Positions 19,766 to 26,957 of a stretch of 64,000 nt of DNA are shown piece by piece. The notes beneath the pieces were generated by a model that saw nothing but the letters and a program-made list of their open reading frames with translations, ran no database searches and was not told the origin of the DNA. Each line of letters starts with the position of its first letter. Position 1 is the first letter of the stretch. Source of the stretch: Gemmatimonadota bacterium (GTDB taxonomy: Bacteria > Gemmatimonadota > Gemmatimonadetes > JACCXV01 > JAHWKZ01); NCBI GenBank assembly GCA_050732935.1, contig JBOHRW010000224.1:2220-66219 (forward strand), given 5' to 3'. The position numbers and the translations under genes are program-made.

Positions 19766-19866
19766 ACCTGATGGAGCCGGCTCACCAGCAACCGTTACAT
19801 CACGGAGCCTGAGATCGATCGACGAACATGATGTAGCCCGAGCACGAGAAGGAGGAAGCTTCCATA

Positions 19867-21399
19867 TCAGTACAGCATCAAATTTCCGCCCACAGGCTCA
19901 AACTCCTCATCGAGGACGATCGTAAACCGTGGGCCAGTAAAAGTGGGTGTATTTGGATAACGTGTAACGATATACAGGTCGGCAAGCTTGAAGAAGGCCA
20001 ACGCGTACAAGTCTGAAGGTGGAACCACCCTGACCCTTCTCCATAATTGGTCGCACACCGCGTCGTCATCGATCAGGGTCAGCAAGCTCGGATCGGGGTT
20101 CGTGAGGCCTGCCTCGGCGCGCCATTCGACGATGAATGGCTCCGAACTCGTCAGGATCGAAACCAACGTGCTCCGGTTATCATGCGGATCCGTGGTGCAC
20201 GCGACCGCCGGCAGGGGATGCGTCGTCGCGCACGACTCGTTGGAACGGGATTCGCCCTCCTGGTTGAACGCCACGACACGGTAGCAGTATTCTCGATCCG
20301 GAAGGAGCTGGACCGAGTCGGCATAGGCGGTCGTATTGGGCGGGACCTGGGTGAAGAGGGAGTCGGCCGTCTGCCCTTCGCGGCGCTCGATACGGTAGCC
20401 CTCCTCGTTCGCCGCGTTGTCGTTCCAGGCGAGGTCGATCCTGTGATAGCTCACCGCCGTCGCCGTCAGCTCGGTCGGCGCAGGAGGTCCAGCCAGTCCG
20501 TATTTCGCGAGCAGATAGTCTTCCGTCGCCTCCATGTCCGCATCGCTCAGACTACCAGTGTAGTAAATGAGCTCGGCGATATCCCCCTTGAACGGGTAAA
20601 CCCCGTTCTGGCGCCCCCCGATCGCCGCCTGGCTGGGCGCCGTCCCGGTGCCCGCGTAGCCCGTGTCGTTGAGGTGGTACGCTTTGTCGGCCCGGATCTG
20701 CAGGTGTTCGAACGCCTCCCGCCGCCAGGTCAGGACGTGCCACGTACCGGGAGACAGGACCAGGTCGGAATTGTGGACTCCGTCATGGCTGCTGCCGTAG
20801 GCGAGCCAGTTGCCGTCGGCGTCACCGCGGCGGGCGAACAGATCGAGGTTGTTGCTGATCGCGCTGGAGCCGATCACGTCATGACCACCGGCGCCAGGAC
20901 TGGCGTCCAGCCGCACCACGGCGAAGACCGTGAAATGGCTGGTCAGGCCCCAGACGCCGGATTGCCCCGGCGACACGAGCCGGTCGTCCACCCCGTCGAA
21001 GCGCACGACGGGTCGGCCACCGACGACGGAGGTCTTGTAGACGGGTTGGAAGGAAGCGCTGGGCTGGGCGGCGTCCTGGTTGTCGGGACCGGAATCGTCC
21101 CAGGCGCTGACCGGGTCGCCGTCGTCAGGGGCCACGATGGCGTCGGCCTTGAACCAAGCGATGTACCCGGAAGCCGGCTCGGTTTGGATTGCAGCCTGTA
21201 CTGAAGAACCCTTAGCAACCGTGATCTCATGCTCGGCCCGTGTAGCATCCAGCGCTCGCATGTCCGGCCATGGTGAAACCTGCTTGCCCGCCCACAGGAA
21301 TAGGAGAGCCGAACAAGACATTACAACGGGCTTGTTAGCAAGCCTCAAGGTGCCCACGATGAATGCATGAGATTTCTCAGCACGAATCCGCTGCTCCAA
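19867..21399 (-). CDS. LamG/ConA-like + FN3 + small C-terminal domain protein
   Basis: About aa 78-302 LamG-like (AWFKAD, VRFDGVDD, FKGDIAELIYY, YLLAKYG); about aa 304-395 FN3 (PAPTELTATAVS..IDLAWNDNAANEEGYRIERR, YCYRVVAFN); C-terminal domain of about 110 aa with two Cys. Confidence 0.8.
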   Translation of the reverse strand: MEQRIRAEKSHAFIVGTLRLANKPVVMSCSALLFLWAGKQVSPWPDMRALDATRAEHEITVAKGSSVQAAIQTEPASGYIAWFKADAIVAPDDGDPVSAWDDSGPDNQDAAQPSASFQPVYKTSVVGGRPVVRFDGVDDRLVSPGQSGVWGLTSHFTVFAVVRLDASPGAGGHDVIGSSAISNNLDLFARRGDADGNWLAYGSSHDGVHNSDLVLSPGTWHVLTWRREAFEHLQIRADKAYHLNDTGYAGTGTAPSQAAIGGRQNGVYPFKGDIAELIYYTGSLSDADMEATEDYLLAKYGLAGPPAPTELTATAVSYHRIDLAWNDNAANEEGYRIERREGQTADSLFTQVPPNTTAYADSVQLLPDREYCYRVVAFNQEGESRSNESCATTHPLPAVACTTDPHDNRSTLVSILTSSEPFIVEWRAEAGLTNPDPSLLTLIDDDAVCDQLWRRVRVVPPSDLYALAFFKLADLYIVTRYPNTPTFTGPRFTIVLDEEFEPVGGNLMLY

Positions 21400-21427
21400 A
21401 AAGAAAAGACGACAGCCCTATGCCTCT

Positions 21428-22153
21428 TCACTCGAGTAAACAACTGTCGTAAAAACCAAACTGAACCTGTGGCGGCTCAAACTCCATGATGCCACCGTCC
21501 TCATAAATGACATAGTCGAAACGAATCCCATACTCGCTTCTGAAGTAGTTCGCAACCTGGATATCGCCCCCCTGGTCTCCAAAAGTGCTTAACGCTCGGC
21601 TACGTGGCTTCGAAGAAACATCAGGAGCATCGCCGCATATACCATCATACCACCCGGTCTCCCACGGATGCGTGTGAACCATGGCCACAATTCCGGCCGG
21701 AGGAGGTTCGTGCCACTTCGTGCCACACATGTAGGGGCGGGGCTCTGCTCCCTCTTCCACGAGATCATAGGCGTCCTTGCCCGTCTCGACGATCCATGCC
21801 CCTCGCTCGGTCGTGCCTGAGGGGTCCTGACCGGGAGCTACCGGCTTGGACCGTTCCCACAAGTCTCGTAGTTGGTCCCGAAAAGCAATATGTCCAAACC
21901 AGGGCCGATTCGGGCACGGCAGCGTCACGATTGTAAATGTCGTGTCGGGACCCGTGACATCCCCGACGACATCCAGAATCTTAAAGAACAGCGGCTCCTC
22001 CCCTTCGACACCGGTCGTCTGATACGGAATCCGAACCTTGAAGCTGTCAGATAGAACTACCGACAAGAACCACGGAGCATGAGGGGGAGACGGCTCGGAC
22101 TCCGGATCGGCGAAGTGGAAGTTGAACAGCTCAGGCCGTTCTCCCGCCAGCAC
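21428..22153 (-). CDS. JAB/MPN-like (HTHP) domain protein fragment, toxin-type
   Basis: RDLWERS...TERGAWIVE...PPPAGIVAMVHTHPW...LSTFGDQGGD...YVIYEDGG; lower GC; 5' end abuts the 3' end of the M48 gene. Confidence 0.6.
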   Translation of the reverse strand: MLAGERPELFNFHFADPESEPSPPHAPWFLSVVLSDSFKVRIPYQTTGVEGEEPLFFKILDVVGDVTGPDTTFTIVTLPCPNRPWFGHIAFRDQLRDLWERSKPVAPGQDPSGTTERGAWIVETGKDAYDLVEEGAEPRPYMCGTKWHEPPPAGIVAMVHTHPWETGWYDGICGDAPDVSSKPRSRALSTFGDQGGDIQVANYFRSEYGIRFDYVIYEDGGIMEFEPPQVQFGFYDSCLLE

Positions 22154-23421
22154 TCGGACATGCCGATCCGCTCCAGGACGGGGGGATGGGTGTAGAACCA
22201 GCGGACGATCCAGCCGGGTGGCGTCAAGGGCGACAGATTGGAGCACGCGAGTCGGCGCGTGACCCGGGCGAAGGTGTCGGGGTCGCGGGAGAGCTCCAGC
22301 GCGATCCAGTCCGCCTCGGCCTCCATCCGGCGGGAGATCGCCCCCTCGATCGGGCTGGCGAGGAAGAGAAGGATCGAGACGGCGAGCCAGAGGAGCGGCA
22401 GCCCGGCCGGATCGCCGGGGCCCGCCAGGCGCGAATTGCGACGGGCCTGCCACCGGGCGACGCCGGTGAGCAGCCAGGCCCCGGCGAAGATCCCCGGGAT
22501 CGCCAAGAGGAGCCCCGTCCGGACGTGTCGCTCGCCGGCGTGCCCCAGCTCGTGGGCGACGACCAGGAGGATCTCCTCCCGGGGTGCCTCTACCAGAAGG
22601 TTGTCGTAGAGCACCACCTGGCGCGTGGCCCCGAGGCCGGCCACGTAGGCGTTGAGCCGCCGCGTGCGCCGGCTCGCGTCCACGACACGGACGCGCTCGA
22701 TCTCGAGCCCGGCGCGCTCGCCCATGGCGACGATCTCGCGCTCGAGCTCGCGATCGTCGAGCGGCCGGAAGTCGGCGAAGAGGGGGTCGATCAGGACGGG
22801 AGCGACGGTCGTGCCGGCGACGGCCATCAGCGTCCCCCCCGCGGCCGCCGCCACCCAGCCCCACCGTGGCCAGCGCCGGAGGCAGCCCAGGAAGCCCGCC
22901 GCCGCCAGCCCATAGACCACGATCCAGAACCCCTGCCGGCGGGCCGTGTCGAGCAGCCACGCCCCCGCCGAGCGGGTCGAGAGTCCGAAGCGGTGCTCCA
23001 CCAGGAACCCGCTCGTCCAGGCGACCGGCAGCGCCACGAAGACGAGCGCGGCGAGGAGGAGAACGGCGGTGAGGAACGACGAGGGCAGCGGTCGACCGCG
23101 ACCGATCCTTCTCCCGAGTCGGGACAGGGGCACGCCGCCCGCCAGGACGAGCAGCCCCGCCAGAAAGCCCCAGCGCAGCAGCGTCCCGGTCGCCCAGAGG
23201 GAGTACTTGATCTCCGCGTACTCCGCCGCGAGACGTCGGTGGGCGGGATCGAAGACGGACGCCGGATCGACCGGCATGGTGCGGGGGTCGGGGCCGCCCA
23301 GAGCGACGGCGATCCCCGCCGCGACCGCGACGAGCGCGAGACCCGCCCACGGCCCGGGAGGCCGTGCTCGCCACCATGGCGTGGAAGCGGAATGGGGTCC
23401 CTCAGCGGCCCCGCGCTTCAC
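22057..23421 (-). CDS. M48 family (Ste24/HtpX-like) membrane metallopeptidase
   Basis: Multiple TM segments; NAYVAGLG, VAHELGH, SRRMEAEAD and THPPVLERI. Confidence 0.92.
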   Translation of the reverse strand: MKRGAAEGPHSASTPWWRARPPGPWAGLALVAVAAGIAVALGGPDPRTMPVDPASVFDPAHRRLAAEYAEIKYSLWATGTLLRWGFLAGLLVLAGGVPLSRLGRRIGRGRPLPSSFLTAVLLLAALVFVALPVAWTSGFLVEHRFGLSTRSAGAWLLDTARRQGFWIVVYGLAAAGFLGCLRRWPRWGWVAAAAGGTLMAVAGTTVAPVLIDPLFADFRPLDDRELEREIVAMGERAGLEIERVRVVDASRRTRRLNAYVAGLGATRQVVLYDNLLVEAPREEILLVVAHELGHAGERHVRTGLLLAIPGIFAGAWLLTGVARWQARRNSRLAGPGDPAGLPLLWLAVSILLFLASPIEGAISRRMEAEADWIALELSRDPDTFARVTRRLACSNLSPLTPPGWIVRWFYTHPPVLERIGMSECWRENGLSCSTSTSPIRSPSRLPLMLRGSCR

Positions 23422-24049
23422 CCGACCCGCCTGTCATGGGCACGAACCGGACCCCGATCAGCCGCTCCGAGACGAAGCCGGATCCGGTCCTGCGCCAGCG
23501 GACGATCCGCTGGGTGACCCCCTTGCCGACCGGCGCGACGAGTCGCCCGCCGGGAGCGAGCTGCTCGAAGAGGGCGTCGGGAACGGACGGCGGCGAGGCG
23601 GTCAGGACGATCGCGTCGAACGGGGCCGCCCGCGGCAGGCCCTGATGCGCATCGGCAGCCACGACCCTGACGTTGTGGTAGCCGAGCCGGCGCAGCGTTC
23701 GGGCCGCCACCTTCGCCAGCGATGACACGATCTCGATCGAGAACACCTCGCGGGCGATCTCGGCCAGCACCGCAGTCTGATAGCCCGAGCCGGTGCCCAC
23801 TTCCAGCACGCGGTCGTCCGGGCCGATCTCGAGCGCGGCGGTCATGTAGGCCACGATGTAGGGCTGGCTGATCGTCTGCCCCTGGCCGATCGGCAGGGGA
23901 CGGTCCTCGTACGCGAGATCCAGGTACTCGGGCGGAACGAACTCATGGCGAGGGACGCTGTACATGGCGCCCAGGACGGCCGGGTCGCGGATCCCCCGGT
24001 CGGCGATCTGACGCCGCAGCATCCGCTGACGGGCGTCCTCGAATTCGAT
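23402..24049 (-). CDS. pcm: Protein-L-isoaspartate O-methyltransferase (probable ATC start)
   Basis: RQRMLRRQIADRGI, VPRHEFVP, GQTISQPYIV and VLEVGTGSGYQTA. Confidence 0.95.
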   Translation of the reverse strand: MEFEDARQRMLRRQIADRGIRDPAVLGAMYSVPRHEFVPPEYLDLAYEDRPLPIGQGQTISQPYIVAYMTAALEIGPDDRVLEVGTGSGYQTAVLAEIAREVFSIEIVSSLAKVAARTLRRLGYHNVRVVAADAHQGLPRAAPFDAIVLTASPPSVPDALFEQLAPGGRLVAPVGKGVTQRIVRWRRTGSGFVSERLIGVRFVPMTGGSGEARGR

Positions 24050-24078
24050 GGCTTCGCCTCCTGTCCCGAGATCGGACC

Positions 24079-24549
24079 TCAGCGGACGGATGCCAGGAGC
24101 TGGGCCGCCCGTTCGCGCCACTCCGGATACGGTCCGAGCAGGGTCTCGGCCTTCTCCAGGACGCCGACCGCCTGCGCCCGGTCGCCCAGCTCGATCCGGG
24201 CCCGGCCCAGATAGTAGTACGCGAAGCCGTTGGTGGGGTCGATCCGGGTGGCACGCTCGAAGCGGCGAACCGCCTCGCCCGCCCGGCCGGTGATCAGGTA
24301 GCCCTTGCCCTCCTCGACGACCTGCAGGCTGGCCTCCCGCGCGAGCGTGCCCGCCCCGGCATCCTCGGCCAGCGCGCGGTCGGTCGAGATTTCACGCGGC
24401 TCCTCCTCCATCGCCCCCGACCGATCATCGGATTCCGCCGTCGGTGACGGGCGGCGATCGGGCGTCGCTCGTGGCGGCTCGCGTTCCGCCCCCCCGCACC
24501 CCACCACGACGACCATCACGATCAGAAGGGTCAGAACCAAGACGCGCAC
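24079..24549 (-). CDS. TPR lipoprotein, LpoP-like PBP1B activator candidate
   Basis: GTG 24549; lipobox VVVGC; Pro/charged linker; TPR helices EAVRRFERATRIDPTNGFAYYYLGRARIELG; directly after mrcB. Confidence 0.7.
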   Translation of the reverse strand: MRVLVLTLLIVMVVVVGCGGAEREPPRATPDRRPSPTAESDDRSGAMEEEPREISTDRALAEDAGAGTLAREASLQVVEEGKGYLITGRAGEAVRRFERATRIDPTNGFAYYYLGRARIELGDRAQAVGVLEKAETLLGPYPEWRERAAQLLASVR

Positions 24550-24553
24550 CTCG

Positions 24554-26851
24554 TCAGAAGATCCACCAGCCGTCGCTTTCACCGTGCAGATGACACTCCT
24601 CCTGGGGCTCTGTGCCCTCCACGAACACCTCGAAGCGGGTGGTCGGGCATCCCGGCCCGGCGAGCTCGCCGGTCTCGGGGTCGACCTCGACGAGCACGAT
24701 GTTCCGGGGGGCTGGGAACTCGGGGCTGCGGTCGCCGTAGCCGGAGCGCTTCATGAACTCCACCCAGATGGGGAGCGCCGCGCGATCGCCGTGCAGGCCG
24801 ATCGGGCCGTTGTCGTCGTAGCCCACCCACACCAGCGCCACCAGCTCGGTCGTGTAGCCGACGAACCAGGCGTCCCGGGTATCGTTCGTGGTCCCGGTCT
24901 TCCCGGCGGCGTGACCTCCATAGCCGAGCGCGCGCGAGCGGCGCGCGGTGCCGCTGTCGAAGACGTCCTTCAGCATGTCGTTGACGAGATAGACCGCGTC
25001 GGCCGGGAGCACTCGATCCATGCTGACCTCGCGATGCTGGACGACCTCTCCGCCTTCATCCACCGCCGCCAGGATCGACAGCGGCTGGGTCCGGATCCCG
25101 CCGTTGGCCAGCGTGGCGTAGGCCGAGGCGAGCTCCAGGGGACTGACCTCGAACGCGCCCAGGGCTAGCGAGGGAAGCGGCCGCAGGCGGCTCTCGATGC
25201 CCGCCTCCCTGGCGGTCCGCGTTACGCGGCTGAGCCCCACCGAAAGGGCCAGCCGGCTGGTGGCCACGTTCATGGACTGCGAGAGCGCGTTCCGCAGCGT
25301 TACGGTGCCGTGATAGGTCTGGTCGTAGTTCTCGGGCGACCACGTCTGACCGGCGCTCACGACCTCGAACGGCTCGTCCTCGATCGTGCTCGCGGGGCTC
25401 CAGCGCCCGGGCGTCAGGAAAGCCGTCAGGTAGACGAACGGCTTGAACGTCGACCCCGGCTGCCGGCGGGCCTGCTCGGCCCGATTGAACTGCGAATCCT
25501 GGTAGTCGCGCCCCCCGATCATCGCGCGGACAAAGCCGGTCTGCGGGTCGAGCACCACGACCGCACCCTGGAGCTCGCCCTGGCGCCTCGCGAGCCGCGG
25601 GTAGCCCTCCTCGAGGTGCGCCAGACCCTCGACCAGCGCCTCGCGGGCAGCGATCTGCTGGCCCATGTCGAGCGTGGTGAAGATGCGCAGCCCCTGGCTC
25701 TGCAGCAGCCGGCGCGGATAGCGGTCGGCCAGCTCGCGCAGGACGTAGTCCACGAAGTAGGGGGCGTCGTTGACGCGGGCGTCGCGTCGGCGGACGGCCA
25801 GCGGCGTGCCCCGGGCCCGGGCGAACTGGTCGTCGGTGATCCGCTCCTGGTCGTGCATGAGCCCGAGCACGAGGTCCCGACGCTGCGTGGCGACCTCGGG
25901 GTTCTGCGCGGGGTTGTAGCGCCTGGGATCGCGGATCAGCCCGGCCAGGGTGGCGGCCTCGGCAAGGTCGATCTCGCGGACCGACTTACCGAAGTAGTGC
26001 TGCGAGGCCTCCTCGATTCCCATGATCGAGCTGGCGCCATGCTGGCCGAAATAGATCTCGTTCAGGTACGCCTGCAGAATCTCCCGCTTCGAGTACTTGA
26101 ATTCCAGGATCGCCGCCATCAGCGCTTCCTTGATCTTGCGCTCGTAGGTCCGCTCTGCGGACAGGTAGTAGTTCTTCACGAGCTGCTGGGTGATCGTGGA
26201 GCCGCCCTGGACCGTCTCACCCGCGCGGAGGTTGGCTACGGCCGCCCCGACGACACGAATGGGGTCGATGCCGGGATGCGCGTAGAACCGGGCGTCTTCG
26301 ACCGCCAGGATCGCGTCCACGACGTGCTGCGGAACCTCCTGCAGGTCGACCGGCGTGCGATCCTCCATGTGCTGGTCGAAGATGACGCCGATCACCTCGG
26401 GCTCGAGGGCGGCGCTCGCCAGGGTCTCGCCGGTGCGAGCCTGGGTCAGGCTCCGGATCGTCCCGCCTCCCATCTCGATCCGGATCGGGATCGGCGGGTT
26501 GGCGCCGTCGGGATACGCGAAAGCGTGGAGATAGACCAGCCACTCCGAGTCCTCGGACGCGTACTCGCCCGGATCGTCCACGCCGCCGGCCTGCTCCAGG
26601 TAACCCAGCCGCCTGAGCCGGGCCTCGAAATCCTCTGCGTCGATCCGCCGGCCGGGGTAGAGAAGGTAGGCGTCGGAGTAGACCCTCGAGGGCAGGTTCC
26701 ACTTCCGCCCCTCCCACTTGGCCGTGACCTGCCGCTCCAGCACCACGACCCAGGCCGCCAGCGCGATCGCGAGGACAACGAGGGCCAGGGGCAGGGCGAG
26801 GATCGCCCGGCGGGGGATGCGCTGGAGGAGCCGGGGGAAGGATCGGGTCAT
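24554..26851 (-). CDS. mrcB: Penicillin-binding protein 1B (class A, with UB2H-like domain)
   Basis: TM anchor, KWNLPSRVYS, GT motifs EDARFY and GGSTITQQLVKN, TP motifs PGSTFKP, SMN and KTGTT. Confidence 0.92.
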   Translation of the reverse strand: MTRSFPRLLQRIPRRAILALPLALVVLAIALAAWVVVLERQVTAKWEGRKWNLPSRVYSDAYLLYPGRRIDAEDFEARLRRLGYLEQAGGVDDPGEYASEDSEWLVYLHAFAYPDGANPPIPIRIEMGGGTIRSLTQARTGETLASAALEPEVIGVIFDQHMEDRTPVDLQEVPQHVVDAILAVEDARFYAHPGIDPIRVVGAAVANLRAGETVQGGSTITQQLVKNYYLSAERTYERKIKEALMAAILEFKYSKREILQAYLNEIYFGQHGASSIMGIEEASQHYFGKSVREIDLAEAATLAGLIRDPRRYNPAQNPEVATQRRDLVLGLMHDQERITDDQFARARGTPLAVRRRDARVNDAPYFVDYVLRELADRYPRRLLQSQGLRIFTTLDMGQQIAAREALVEGLAHLEEGYPRLARRQGELQGAVVVLDPQTGFVRAMIGGRDYQDSQFNRAEQARRQPGSTFKPFVYLTAFLTPGRWSPASTIEDEPFEVVSAGQTWSPENYDQTYHGTVTLRNALSQSMNVATSRLALSVGLSRVTRTAREAGIESRLRPLPSLALGAFEVSPLELASAYATLANGGIRTQPLSILAAVDEGGEVVQHREVSMDRVLPADAVYLVNDMLKDVFDSGTARRSRALGYGGHAAGKTGTTNDTRDAWFVGYTTELVALVWVGYDDNGPIGLHGDRAALPIWVEFMKRSGYGDRSPEFPAPRNIVLVEVDPETGELAGPGCPTTRFEVFVEGTEPQEECHLHGESDGWWIF

Positions 26852-26957
26852 GGGCGAGCGTTCGCGATGGGGCGGGTTTCGTGGGTACTTCCGGATCGAC
26901 GGCTAATCTACACCCGATTCCGGGAAAAGATGCAGCCGGCGATCCAGTCGTGTCCGA

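Noticed and set aside
21428-23377. 649-aa ORF as a single gene
   Set aside because: The first about 408 codons are an alternate frame of the M48 gene; only the last about 240 codons look like a real protein.
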